Virus record (IMG/VR): IMGVR_UViG_2897113856_000001
Coordinates: 4,455 to 68,454 of that record
Reading direction: 5' to 3' (one strand)
Source of the DNA: a virus
Taxonomy: Duplodnaviria; Caudoviricetes
DNA length: 64,000 bases
Positions within the stretch are counted from its first letter, which is position 1, and each line of letters starts with the position of its first letter. Shown here piece after piece: positions 19,756 through 29,085 of this stretch. The position numbers and the translations under genes are program-made. The notes under the pieces were generated by a model, which searched no databases, had not been told where the DNA came from, and saw only the letters and a program-made list of their open reading frames with translations.

Positions 19756-20125
19756 GCCCTAACTTCGATTTGATTACACTAGAAGCTATTTCCGCAAGGA
19801 TGGATACAGATCCACCGCCGATCTTAGATGCCAATTTCTTAGTTTCAGCCCATATACCAGATTCCCGAATATTATCTAGAAATTCGTGTCCATGATAGGT
19901 AAGGCTTTCAACTTCGACCCATTCCATAAGCTTTGTTCCGGAAACGCTTATATTAAGAAATCCAGCTTCGTGTAACTTTCGGACGGTGTATTTGACATCA
20001 TTAATATCGTAATTCTCTAGTAGAGGAAACTTCGCGAGATCCTGTACATCAACTTTTTGGTTATAACTTAAAGATTCCTCTACAGTCAATAAAATATTTC
20101 TAACCACTTCATGGTTCAGCTTCAT
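19748..20125 (-). CDS. DUF2513-like winged-helix protein (counter-oriented moron)
   Basis: MKLNHEVVRNILL..LTYHGHEFLDNIR..W pattern. Confidence 0.8.
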   Translation of the reverse strand: MKLNHEVVRNILLTVEESLSYNQKVDVQDLAKFPLLENYDINDVKYTVRKLHEAGFLNISVSGTKLMEWVEVESLTYHGHEFLDNIRESGIWAETKKLASKIGGGSVSILAEIASSVIKSKLGLS

Positions 20126-20222
20126 AAGATCTTCCTTTCTTTAATTGATTTATAGTAATTATCTCATGAAATAGAAAATAAAAGAAGCACTCTATCCTTT
20201 TTTCAAGACGAGGAGGCGTATT

Positions 20223-20918
20223 ATGAACGAAATGATCGACGTACTTGACCGCGGCTATGTCCGCCTAACAAACGTAATGGGTTCCGACCTTTCCGTCGTG
20301 AACTCAGCCCGCGTTTCCTACGACAAGGAATCTACTAATCTATCCGAAAAGGACATCCGGCTCATTAAATTCCTTGCGCGGGAAGGCCATACGTCGCCAT
20401 TCCGACATGCGACGGTTCAATTCGAAATCTATGCTCCACTGATGGTTGCGCGCCAGCACTGGAAATATATCGTCGGGTCAGATCACACAATGGACGCTTG
20501 GAACGAATCGAGTCGGCGCTATGTTACCGAAGAGCCTGCGTTTTATATTCCGCAAGCGGATGAATGGCGGTCAACCCCGGAGAATGCGAAGCAGGGAAGC
20601 AGCGAAACACTGCCGGAAGGTCAAGGTAAAATAGCCACGCAAGATCTACTCGATTACGTTGCGTTTGGTGAGCGTTTATATGAACGCGCAATGAAATCGG
20701 GTGTTTGCGCAGAACAAGCGCGTCTATTCCTCCCGGCTTACGGAATGTACGTACGCTACTACTGGACGGCATCGCTTCAATCGGTCGCGCATTTCCTAAA
20801 CCAACGCCTGGCACACGATAGTCAAGTCGAAATTCAAGAGTACGCGAAAGCTGTCTACGAGTTAGTCAAACCGAAATTTCCCGTCAGCATTTGCGAATTG
20901 GTCAAAACGGAGGTGTAA
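20223..20918 (+). CDS. thyX: FAD-dependent thymidylate synthase
   Basis: NSARVSY, HTSPF, NESSRRY, EQARLFLP, QRLAHDSQVEI. Confidence 0.92.
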   Translation: MNEMIDVLDRGYVRLTNVMGSDLSVVNSARVSYDKESTNLSEKDIRLIKFLAREGHTSPFRHATVQFEIYAPLMVARQHWKYIVGSDHTMDAWNESSRRYVTEEPAFYIPQADEWRSTPENAKQGSSETLPEGQGKIATQDLLDYVAFGERLYERAMKSGVCAEQARLFLPAYGMYVRYYWTASLQSVAHFLNQRLAHDSQVEIQEYAKAVYELVKPKFPVSICELVKTEV

Positions 20919-20920
20919 GC

Positions 20921-21478
20921 ATCGGAATCCTAACGAATTTCACGCTAACAGCGCAGCTATTCTCCGGCCACTGTCCGGCAGATCAGCCGCCAGAACCGCC
21001 AAGGATAACGCCAGAGAAGGCCGCCATCCAATCGGCTGAATTGCGCAACAGAGAATTAACGAAAGAGATAACGAAAAAGGAAGCGAAGATACAGGCGCTT
21101 GAGGACGAAATCATGGCGCTGAAGAAGACGAAAAAGAAACCTGCTCCGACCGCAACTAAAACGTCAGCATGGCGGACTTTTACCATGACGGCTTATACCG
21201 CCTTTTGTGCGGAAGGCTGCACCGGAATCACCAAAACGGGAGTCGACGTCAGCCATTCGATCTATTACGAAGGAGCACGCGTCATAGCGGTCGATCCGTC
21301 TGTGATTGCGCTAGGCTCTACGGTTGAAGTCCGGCTCGCTGACGGTTCGAGCTTCCAGGCGAAGGCGATTGACGTTGGAGGAGCGATTAAAGGCGCACGA
21401 CTCGATCTGTTGGTCGCGAATGAAGCCGACGCAGTACAGTTCGGCCGGCAGTCGGTAGAATTGCGGGTTATTAAATAA
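20921..21478 (+). CDS. 3D-domain cell-wall-binding/lytic protein (start uncertain, possibly ATC)
   Basis: TAY..TGITKTG, IAVDPSVI, DVGGAIKG.RLD. Confidence 0.8.
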   Translation: MGILTNFTLTAQLFSGHCPADQPPEPPRITPEKAAIQSAELRNRELTKEITKKEAKIQALEDEIMALKKTKKKPAPTATKTSAWRTFTMTAYTAFCAEGCTGITKTGVDVSHSIYYEGARVIAVDPSVIALGSTVEVRLADGSSFQAKAIDVGGAIKGARLDLLVANEADAVQFGRQSVELRVIK

Positions 21479-21494
21479 CGAGGAGGCGGTTCGT

Positions 21495-22559
21495 ATGGAC
21501 TTCCTTAAAAGCGTGATGGATCGGGTTAAGCCGGAATTTGAACGATTAATACGAAGGGAGCTCGATAAAATGACGAAAACTAACGAAAAAATCCACGTAT
21601 TGGCTGACGAATCACTTGGCGGAATCAAACGGGAATATGTAGAGGTCGATAGGAAGGCGGAGGTCGGCGATAAGATTGTGATCGTAGACAAAAGGTATCC
21701 GGGCGATATTTACGAGAACGGAGATATGTTTACGGTAGACCGCGAAGCTCCTCCTGGATCGGGTTTCGTGGAATGCGGCGAAGCCACATCCGGTATGAAC
21801 TGTGGCGGACTTATCTACCTCGGAGAATACCGCGTCCTCGAACCGACCAACATCGTCCACATTGACGGCCCTGACGGTACGGAGCGCTACGAAATGGTCG
21901 ACCGCAAGGCGGAAGTAGGCGAGAAGATTGTCGTTGTAGATGACGAGGATTCTTCGGAGGAGTTCGGAAATTTTCGAATTGGTGAAGTAGGTACGGTTGA
22001 AAGCTACGCAACGGATGACACTTACTTCGGTGAATACGTTAATGTGCGAGTGTCGGACGAAAGGGGTATTCCACTATATTTACATGAGTATCGCGTCCTC
22101 GTCCCGGTCGAATCCTCCGAAGAACAACCGCAGCCATCCGACCCGATCGACGTTATCGCTAACCTGGTGACGCGTGTTGCGGAATTGGAACGCGAGAATA
22201 AACGGATCAAGGAAGATCTCGGATGGAACGAAATGGGGCCGGGAAGAATCGCTGAGCTGCGGAATGCCGATTCGGACATTCGTCACGATATCGCTGCGTT
22301 AGAGGAAAAATTCGAACATGATCGCGCGGAAAACGAGGATACAGCCGATTTTCTATACGAAGAAATGAAGCGTATGAAAGACGAAATCGACACGCTGCAC
22401 AAAGACAACCGGAGGCACGGCGAAGAATTGGAGGCGCTGAAATATGCCGCAAAGGAAACGGACGGAAAGGTGACGCACCTCGAATCCGACTCAGACATGC
22501 GCTTATTCACTGCCGAAGAGGTTGCCGCACTTCTTAACGCAATGAGGGAACGCCGATGA
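21495..22559 (+). CDS. Phage protein with duplicated VDRKAEVG module and coiled coil
   Basis: YVEVDRKAEVGDKIV and YEMVDRKAEVGEKIV, each followed by EYRVL. Confidence 0.75.
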   Translation: MDFLKSVMDRVKPEFERLIRRELDKMTKTNEKIHVLADESLGGIKREYVEVDRKAEVGDKIVIVDKRYPGDIYENGDMFTVDREAPPGSGFVECGEATSGMNCGGLIYLGEYRVLEPTNIVHIDGPDGTERYEMVDRKAEVGEKIVVVDDEDSSEEFGNFRIGEVGTVESYATDDTYFGEYVNVRVSDERGIPLYLHEYRVLVPVESSEEQPQPSDPIDVIANLVTRVAELERENKRIKEDLGWNEMGPGRIAELRNADSDIRHDIAALEEKFEHDRAENEDTADFLYEEMKRMKDEIDTLHKDNRRHGEELEALKYAAKETDGKVTHLESDSDMRLFTAEEVAALLNAMRERR

Positions 22560-23116
22560 AGATCGCCCTCACCGCACCACTTCGCGCAGGCAAGTCGCTG
22601 GCCGCATCGTACATCTCGCTTCACTACGATTTCCAGCCGTTCGCATTCGGCGACGAGCTGAAGGACGCATTCCATCGCGCATTCCCTCACGTTCCGAGAA
22701 ATCCGAAGCCACGCGCTCATTATCAAGAATTCGGACAGTGGGCGCGGGAAGCCTTCGGAGAGGACGTATGGATCGACGCTCTCATGCCGAAAATAGCCGC
22801 CTATCTCGACCGCCATCCTTGCGACTGCGGCAATACAGCGCTAAAGAATCGCGTGATCGTCGATGACTGCCGCCAGCCTAACGAATACAAGCGATTGAAG
22901 GACGAAGGCTTCGTATTTATCCGCATAACAGCACCGGTCGATCTCCGTATTGAACGCGCTAAAAAAGCCGGCGATCGATTCGATCTTGCCGACTTGGAGC
23001 ATCCGACTGAGCTTGCCGTCAACAGTTTCGAAGTTGATTACGAAATTGAGAACGAAGGCACGCCGGAAGAGTTGTACGAGAAGCTGGACGCGATTATGGC
23101 GGAACTACTCGTCTAA
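22556..23116 (+). CDS. Deoxynucleoside monophosphate kinase-like
   Basis: P-loop APLRAGKS, FGDELK, DDCRQPNE, HPTE. Confidence 0.8.
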   Translation: MKIALTAPLRAGKSLAASYISLHYDFQPFAFGDELKDAFHRAFPHVPRNPKPRAHYQEFGQWAREAFGEDVWIDALMPKIAAYLDRHPCDCGNTALKNRVIVDDCRQPNEYKRLKDEGFVFIRITAPVDLRIERAKKAGDRFDLADLEHPTELAVNSFEVDYEIENEGTPEELYEKLDAIMAELLV

Positions 23117-23491
23117 TTGAAACGCATACGTGCCTTTCGGATAGGCTAGGTACGGTTGTTTTGACGCCTCGCCATCGCCGATCAAATAGTATCGTTGCGG
23201 AAGCTTATCGAAATCAATGCCGATTTTACGCAAGAATGGCCATGCCGAAACATTGCCGCGCTTATCGAATTTGAACGGTTTGACGTCCGGCTGCTTAACG
23301 AGTTCGGGCTTGGCGACAACAATGCGCTTTTCGGCTGCGTCATATGCGACGGATAAATAAAATGGTCCGTCCGTAGGCAGTCCGATGACGCGCCGCGCAC
23401 CAGCCGAAATAAATAAACGTCGCTGCTTTTCGATTGTGATATACGCTTTGGTGTTGCGTTCGAAGTCGTTAGATATCCACGTAAGTGCCAT
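23105..23491 (-). CDS. Hypothetical protein with its own promoter
   Basis: AAGGAG SD; minus-strand TTGACT-18-TATACT upstream. Confidence 0.65.
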   Translation of the reverse strand: MALTWISNDFERNTKAYITIEKQRRLFISAGARRVIGLPTDGPFYLSVAYDAAEKRIVVAKPELVKQPDVKPFKFDKRGNVSAWPFLRKIGIDFDKLPQRYYLIGDGEASKQPYLAYPKGTYAFQLDE

Positions 23492-23605
23492 AACGAATCT
23501 CCTTACGAAAGTATTTACGTTCAGTATAGACGGAATAGTTACCGATAGTCAACAGAGATGCGCGAATTGTTAACGAAGTTATTAACGAAAGAGGAGGCGG
23601 TTGTT

Positions 23606-23995
23606 ATCGGAACAGTCAAAATCGATCTACACCGAAAGGATCGCGAATTTGAGGCGGCGTATGCGCTAGACAATGCGGAGGGCGTCAAAACGCTGCTCTC
23701 CGATTACCCGAAATTCGTCAGCCGCAAACGGCTCGGAGAATACGAAGCTGCCGAAGTGCTGCTCGATCTGCACAACGCGATTGAGCTTGCGGATCTGACC
23801 GAGAGACAACGCGAGGCCATCCGGCTCGTATATTTCGAAGACCTGACGCAAGTCGAGGCGGGGAAACGGATGGGGATCGCGAAGCAGAACGTTGAAGCAT
23901 ACATCTCGAATGCGGCCAGAAAAATAGCGGATATCTACTACTATTGGGCGGGACATGGCGAAGGGTACACGATGGGAGGACGAATTAATGGATAA
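23606..23995 (+). CDS. Sigma-70 region 4 protein, candidate late activator (start uncertain: ATC 23606 or ATG 23558)
   Basis: LTERQREAIRLVYFEDLTQVEAGKRMGI HTH. Confidence 0.75.
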   Translation: MGTVKIDLHRKDREFEAAYALDNAEGVKTLLSDYPKFVSRKRLGEYEAAEVLLDLHNAIELADLTERQREAIRLVYFEDLTQVEAGKRMGIAKQNVEAYISNAARKIADIYYYWAGHGEGYTMGGRING

Positions 23996-24509
23996 GGCGC
24001 TACTACACGAAATGATCACGGAATTACAACAACGAACAAAGTCCGGAGAGCTTGACCGGATCCAACGTATCGAGGAAATCACTGCGCTGGCCGACGCTTA
24101 CTTCGATGCCGTTGGAGAGCATCCGGATTCTATCTCGCTTGAACGTATGGCGAATCTTGTAATCTACGAAGAGCTAACGAACCCACACCCGGATAAAATG
24201 ACTCGCGAAGAGTACCCGATCATGAGCGAAACGCAACTAAGTCGTCGTAGAGAAGGAAAGCACCGGAAGAAAGAGGCGAACTATCGAATTGAAGTTCCGT
24301 TTAAGCTTGCGGAAAACATCGGAATAAACGGAAGGAATTACGATTTGCCTGTGAGACGAGAACGAAGCTTGCGTGAGAATATGGCCGTAGATGAGCAGGC
24401 GAGGTCGCGGAATAAAGAGCGTCGGAAGAGATACATCGACTTCATAAACGGCAGATCTCCGGGGCAATTTACGGTCAATATCGCGACAGGAGAAAAAACA
24501 ATCCACTAA
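23988..24509 (+). CDS. Hypothetical phage protein
   Basis: GGGAGG SD, overlaps upstream stop. Confidence 0.7.
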   Translation: MDKALLHEMITELQQRTKSGELDRIQRIEEITALADAYFDAVGEHPDSISLERMANLVIYEELTNPHPDKMTREEYPIMSETQLSRRREGKHRKKEANYRIEVPFKLAENIGINGRNYDLPVRRERSLRENMAVDEQARSRNKERRKRYIDFINGRSPGQFTVNIATGEKTIH

Positions 24510-24596
24510 ATTACGTTTTTCACCTGGTCAGTTATCTATGTATATTGAGGGCGCAAAATCCGCGCTCTTTTATTTTGCGAAAAAGGGGACGATATT

Positions 24597-25397
24597 TTGA
24601 AAAGATTACGAGTAGTAAACGCAGAAACAGGCGAGGATCTATCGACAGACTACACGCTCAGACACCGGAACCAAGACGAAGCCTTCCGGGAACAGCAAAA
24701 GCAGACGACGGACAGGCGCGACTTTTCTAACGCCAATATGCCGAACATTCACGAAGTCTATGACGCTCTCACAACGGCACAGTGCGGCTATCTGATGCTG
24801 CTACAATGCTACGTCGACTATAACGGTGTTCTCGTTAAATCCAGCCGCGACAAGACTCCGATGACCACGGCGGATATGATGTCCGTTCTACAGCTCGCGA
24901 AAAAGCGCATGACCTTCTACGATTTCCTGAGCGCCTGTACTGCGCATGATATTATCCGGGAAGAAGGCGGCGCCTATTCAGTGAACGAGCGCTACCACTT
25001 CAAAGGTAACTTCGGTAGCCAGTACGTCGTCAAACTATATACCGCGAAGATTAAGAAAGTGTACAGCGAAGTGAAGGCGACAGACATCGGTCTGATCTAC
25101 CGGATGCTGCCGTTCGTCCACTACGAGACAAACGCTCTTTGCGAGAATCCTTTCGAAAAGAATCCGAAGCATATTCGATGGTTCAATAAGAAAGAGCTAG
25201 CGGCCGCGATCGGAGTAACGCCGGACACGCTTGGCCGGCGGCTGAAGCAGATGAAATTCGATGGGGAGTTCGTTGTCGCGCGAATAAAGGTCGGCAGCGA
25301 ACCGGAGCGATATACGTTCAATCCTAACGTGTTTTATCGACAATCCAAGGCGCCGGATAAGACGCTACTTGCGATGTTTAACGTTAATAAGCCGTAG
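24597..25397 (+). CDS. RepL-like tandem winged-helix protein (candidate initiator)
   Basis: N-terminal VNAETGE; two wHTH units ending YSVNERYHFKG and YTFNPNVFY. Confidence 0.6.
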   Translation: MKRLRVVNAETGEDLSTDYTLRHRNQDEAFREQQKQTTDRRDFSNANMPNIHEVYDALTTAQCGYLMLLQCYVDYNGVLVKSSRDKTPMTTADMMSVLQLAKKRMTFYDFLSACTAHDIIREEGGAYSVNERYHFKGNFGSQYVVKLYTAKIKKVYSEVKATDIGLIYRMLPFVHYETNALCENPFEKNPKHIRWFNKKELAAAIGVTPDTLGRRLKQMKFDGEFVVARIKVGSEPERYTFNPNVFYRQSKAPDKTLLAMFNVNKP

Positions 25398-25431
25398 ATG
25401 AACGAAAAAAAAGCGCCTTAGACTGGCGCCT

Positions 25432-25743
25432 CTATCTCGTCTTAAATCCGTTCACAAAGCTCTCTCCGTCTTTCTCCGTGTTAATAAGCTGCTGGGCGCT
25501 TTGGCTGATTCGTTGAGCAAGCGCCTCTTGCGCTTTTCCTTCGAAGCTGTAGAGAAGTGATGAATAGACGCTGTTCATTTCCTTTTGTATGTCATCTACT
25601 TTGAATTTCGGTCTGAGGGTATTTCGAACGGATTCGAGCTTGGTTCCGGCCACGCCTCTCATACCCGTTTTCAGCATAGCAAGCTGCCTGCGCTTTTCCA
25701 TTGGGTCGTTCTGCTTTTTGATTATTTGATCTAACGTATCCAT
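25432..25743 (-). CDS. Small helical T7SS partner-like protein
   Basis: 103 aa helical, FEGKAQEAL motif, directly downstream of lipase toxin. Confidence 0.6.
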   Translation of the reverse strand: MDTLDQIIKKQNDPMEKRRQLAMLKTGMRGVAGTKLESVRNTLRPKFKVDDIQKEMNSVYSSLLYSFEGKAQEALAQRISQSAQQLINTEKDGESFVNGFKTR

Positions 25744-25754
25744 CTACTCATCTC

Positions 25755-27182
25755 CTATAACTTTAACCAGTTTGCGAGCATCTTGTCTTTTGATTTGAAA
25801 TCCTTTGCGATTTGTGCGAGATAACCGCTGATCTCCTCTAAATCTGAAATCATATCCTGCAATGACGCGATATAGGCCGCTTCGGCATCGACATCGTAAA
25901 ACAGCGGATTCCCTTTTTTATCGAACGACTGCGCCAAATCATTCAGCGTATTGTTTACATCATCGAGCGTAAGCTGATCGTATAAGCCGTGACCGACCTG
26001 GCGATAGGTATCGTATTTCAAATCGCTTATCGCAGCGTCATGTTCCTGGTAGGCGTTTTCCGCTTCTCTTTTCATCGTACGCAGGTCGTTTATAATCGCA
26101 TTTACTTTTTCCGCAAGCTGCTTAGCGACTTCGGGGGTGACTTTAATCGCGCCGCTCCCTGATGCCACTTCAGCCGGCAGCATTGCTTTTAAATTTTTAT
26201 CGTAGACGAGTTCATCGCCGTCTATATTCTTAATATTACCGTCTTCGTCGAAAGAGAAATTATTGCTGCCGACCCAATGCGTATCAGGCATCCCCAAGAT
26301 TGCTGTCTGAAAGAAGTACGCAGCGTTTTCGCCAATTTGATCAGTTACCTTGCCTCGCATTCGCATTTCGCGCATAGCATTCGATACAGCAGGATCTTTT
26401 GTATATATCGTTGTTCCATTGTGGCGGTCGTACTCATTCCACCAACCGGCTCCGATCATATCATCCGGATTTACGATCGACTTTACATACCGGTTGTATT
26501 CACCGTTATTGATTTCCTTTTGCTTTTCTTCGGAATGTAATTTAACGACGGAGGGATTGTTGAATGCGACGGCATAGATATCGTTGTTGACCGCACTGTA
26601 TTCCGCTTCTGCACCTCCGAGTGAGTGTCCAGTCGTTGAAATGATCGTCGAGGTGCCTTTATATTTTTGTTTGATTTCTCTAATAAGATCGTCGGCTTGA
26701 CCGATTTGGGACGGTTTTGTAATCAATTTGTAGTTACCGGTGCTAAGCATAGCGTCTTGTGAGGGTGTGGAATTGTATTTTCCCAGTGTTTTGGATGTAT
26801 CTTTCGCATCTTTTTCGATTATATAATGCGTTTTCTTTTTTGGATCTTGCCCCATCACGATATTTCCACCGTCTGCTTTTACTAAGTCATCGATCGGGTC
26901 CTTTCCGGCGTCAGTACCGGCGAAGGCTACGACGACGTTTTTGGGGTTATCTGATTTAACCCACTTTCCGTTTTTCTCTTCGGCTTGTGACAGAACAACC
27001 GCATCAAGTCCGGTATCGCCATCCGACTTAATTTTTTCAACATACCACCGAGAAGAACTACTCGTCGTTAAAGGTCTATTTTCTTTTAATGATTTTTTGA
27101 TTTTGTCATAGTTATAAGAAAACCTACTTAAATAATAATATTCTTTATCGCTAATGTTTGGAATATCGATATTCTTAGGCAT
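25755..27182 (-). CDS. Lipase-domain protein with C-terminal helical (WXG/LXG-like) region; TslA/SA1320-like T7SS toxin
   Basis: VVAFAGT, TGHSLGG nucleophile elbow, DMIG, His in DTHW; C-terminal IKVTPEVAKQLA helical domain. Confidence 0.75.
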   Translation of the reverse strand: MPKNIDIPNISDKEYYYLSRFSYNYDKIKKSLKENRPLTTSSSSRWYVEKIKSDGDTGLDAVVLSQAEEKNGKWVKSDNPKNVVVAFAGTDAGKDPIDDLVKADGGNIVMGQDPKKKTHYIIEKDAKDTSKTLGKYNSTPSQDAMLSTGNYKLITKPSQIGQADDLIREIKQKYKGTSTIISTTGHSLGGAEAEYSAVNNDIYAVAFNNPSVVKLHSEEKQKEINNGEYNRYVKSIVNPDDMIGAGWWNEYDRHNGTTIYTKDPAVSNAMREMRMRGKVTDQIGENAAYFFQTAILGMPDTHWVGSNNFSFDEDGNIKNIDGDELVYDKNLKAMLPAEVASGSGAIKVTPEVAKQLAEKVNAIINDLRTMKREAENAYQEHDAAISDLKYDTYRQVGHGLYDQLTLDDVNNTLNDLAQSFDKKGNPLFYDVDAEAAYIASLQDMISDLEEISGYLAQIAKDFKSKDKMLANWLKL

Positions 27183-27232
27183 GTACAACACCTCAACTCT
27201 AATGTAAAATTGTTTTAGGAAAGGATGAGTCT

Positions 27233-27577
27233 ATGAGAAAATACATAATTATCCTAATCTCCATCGTAATTATAACATTTGGAGGTATTTACATGAAGCA
27301 CCAACACGATCAAAAAGTAGCAGAAACCGAGTTGTTTAATCAGGCTAAAACTAAGATGAAAACTTTTTTAGAAAAAAACTATAAAGATATTAAAGAAATA
27401 AATTTTTCGGATTCATATGACATAGACCCTATGGGCGGGATAACTGTAGAAGGATATATAAATGGGGATAAAAATAAAGAGTTTTTCGGTACTTATGATA
27501 AAACTAACGATGAGATAGGTATTTCTTCAGTGGACGCAGAAGAGAAGCCAGAGTGTCAAGATAAAGTTTGTAAATAA
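27233..27577 (+). CDS. DUF1433-like membrane-anchored protein, candidate immunity
   Basis: N-terminal TM, FLEKNYKDIKEI..DPMGGITVEGYINGD. Confidence 0.65.
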   Translation: MRKYIIILISIVIITFGGIYMKHQHDQKVAETELFNQAKTKMKTFLEKNYKDIKEINFSDSYDIDPMGGITVEGYINGDKNKEFFGTYDKTNDEIGISSVDAEEKPECQDKVCK

Positions 27578-27612
27578 AGAGCCCGACTCAATTTTGAGTA
27601 GGGCTTTTCGTT

Positions 27613-27786
27613 TTATATGCTCTTTTTCATTCCACAACGGCGGCACTCGCGAAGAAATATGCCGTCCTTAACCGAACTTTTAAACAGCGTATAGTCGCAG
27701 TTATCGCAGCGCCCGTAATGGACGTCTGGGTACTCTTTATAATCGTATACAATTGACGTATCATAGCCTTTTGTTGCGTAATCCAT
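27613..27786 (-). CDS. Small Zn-ribbon protein (57 aa, not in track)
   Basis: GRCDNC...RECRRCGMKKSI. Confidence 0.65.
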   Translation of the reverse strand: MDYATKGYDTSIVYDYKEYPDVHYGRCDNCDYTLFKSSVKDGIFLRECRRCGMKKSI

Positions 27787-27865
27787 TCGCTCTCAACCTC
27801 CGACTAATAGGATACGCTAATTGTCCGACTGTTTCAACGGAAGAAAAAAGACTCCGCAGTTGGCG

Positions 27866-28018
27866 TCATTTAAAAAGTTTGCGCAGAGCTTTTCCGGCCT
27901 GCTTACCGGCTGCCCTTCGAACGATACGCTTTCTGACCGTTCCTTTCTTGACCGCGTTCACATCGCCAAGCAAGCGAGATAATCCGTAGAGAAAGCCGCG
28001 TGTTTTATTGATCGACAT
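27866..28018 (-). CDS. Small basic protein (50 aa, not in track)
   Basis: MSINKTRGFLYGLSRLLGDVNAVKKG..RRAAGK; AAAGGAG SD. Confidence 0.65.
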   Translation of the reverse strand: MSINKTRGFLYGLSRLLGDVNAVKKGTVRKRIVRRAAGKQAGKALRKLFK

Positions 28019-28047
28019 TGTTCATCGTCTCCTTTCAACGATTTTCC

Positions 28048-28128
28048 CACGAAATTAAAGCGTAGGAGCCGCCGGAATCTGCTGCGGGTATATTAGGTAT
28101 CGGCGGCCGCTTAACGCCTGATTTCGTG
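28048..28128. repeat. Intergenic imperfect hairpin element, copy 1
   Basis: CACGAAATT...GATTTCGTG ends, inner GCCGCCG/CGGCGGC stem, GGGTAT core. Confidence 0.6.
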
Positions 28129-28130
28129 TG

Positions 28131-28469
28131 TTATTCGATAACCTTAATCGCCTTAAATCCGCTGCCATTTTCGTACTGATCCTTCGTAAAAGTCACGATG
28201 ATCCGATCGCCTGGCTTTGCGTCTGTGGCTTGTGGATCGAAAGAGAAGCCGCCGTCGTCCGCTGATACCGCGTAGTCCTTCCCTTCAACGATATATTCGC
28301 GTTCAACCGTTTCCTGGGCGTCCTTGGCTTCGGCGGCCATGTCGTCAGCCACGCGATAAGCAATATCGACATCTTCGTTTAGTTTGGCGGCGTAGATTCC
28401 GAGAGCCGCGTTTCCTGCGATTGATAGGCCGAGGATGGCCGTTAAGAGTTTCGTTTTATTCATCGTCAT
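28131..28469 (-). CDS. Secreted or membrane-anchored protein
   Basis: Signal-peptide-like N-terminus, GGAGG SD. Confidence 0.7.
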   Translation of the reverse strand: MTMNKTKLLTAILGLSIAGNAALGIYAAKLNEDVDIAYRVADDMAAEAKDAQETVEREYIVEGKDYAVSADDGGFSFDPQATDAKPGDRIIVTFTKDQYENGSGFKAIKVIE

Positions 28470-28594
28470 TACCTCCGTATTGGTTGCGATTAAATAGCCG
28501 AGACATGTAAGCGCCGTATTGAAGCCGATCTGATACGCTTTGCCGGCGTCAGGGCGCTGATATAGATCGAGAAGTTGATCGGTCTACTGCGGCT

Positions 28595-28768
28595 TCAGCG
28601 GCGGTGTGACCGATTCCTCCTCGTTCTAAAGAATAGAAGCGCGATAAAAACGACAGCTGATCCGAGGCCGACGCAGTCCAGGACGGAAAGGCGGCCGAAG
28701 TTCATATCCGCAATCCAGGCGAGCAAGACGACGATTAACAAAATTTCCGTGGTATCAATTCGTTTCAT
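28595..28768 (-). CDS. Small two-TM protein (YoyJ-like position, 57 aa)
   Basis: MKRIDTTEILLIVVLLAWIAD..VVFIALLFFRTRRNRSHRR; no clear SD. Confidence 0.5.
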   Translation of the reverse strand: MKRIDTTEILLIVVLLAWIADMNFGRLSVLDCVGLGSAVVFIALLFFRTRRNRSHRR

Positions 28769-28786
28769 TCGTGTTATAATTGATTG

Positions 28787-28862
28787 ACAAGGGGCGAAAT
28801 GCCCCTCGGTGTTTATTGTCGGCGACGGTGCTTCTTGGTCGGAGGCCGTCGCTCTTTACTTT
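28787..28862 (+). ncRNA. Putative type I antitoxin sRNA (SR6-like)
   Basis: TGnTATAAT at 28772-28780, 5' hairpin AGGGGC/GCCCCT, terminator GCGACGG/CCGTCGC-TCTTT; antisense to toxin 3' end. Confidence 0.55.
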
Positions 28863-28971
28863 CGACTTTGGACTGATCGTCCTTTCGCATCTTCCGGATT
28901 TCTAAGACGATTTTTAGAATTCCGAGCCAAGTTGCGATGATTGCCGAAAGCTTCATTACGGTGTCAATCAA
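28813..28971 (-). CDS. Type I toxin-like peptide (YonT-like, 52 aa)
   Basis: AAAGGAGGTG SD + TTG; one TM then basic tail RRPPTKKHRRRQ. Confidence 0.7.
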   Translation of the reverse strand: MIDTVMKLSAIIATWLGILKIVLEIRKMRKDDQSKVESKERRPPTKKHRRRQ

Positions 28972-28998
28972 TTACGTTCACCTCCTTTCATTGCCTTA

Positions 28999-29027
28999 AT
29001 TATAACGCATAACCGTTATAACGTCAA
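28999..29027 (-). promoter_or_regulatory. sigA promoter of toxin operon with operator in spacer
   Basis: TTGACG-17-TATAAT; TTATAACG-CATAAC-CGTTATAA palindrome. Confidence 0.75.
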
Positions 29028-29085
29028 TACGTTATTTACAAAAATATCGTTTTTACGTTATAATAATCGCAGGAGGTGCCGGCAA

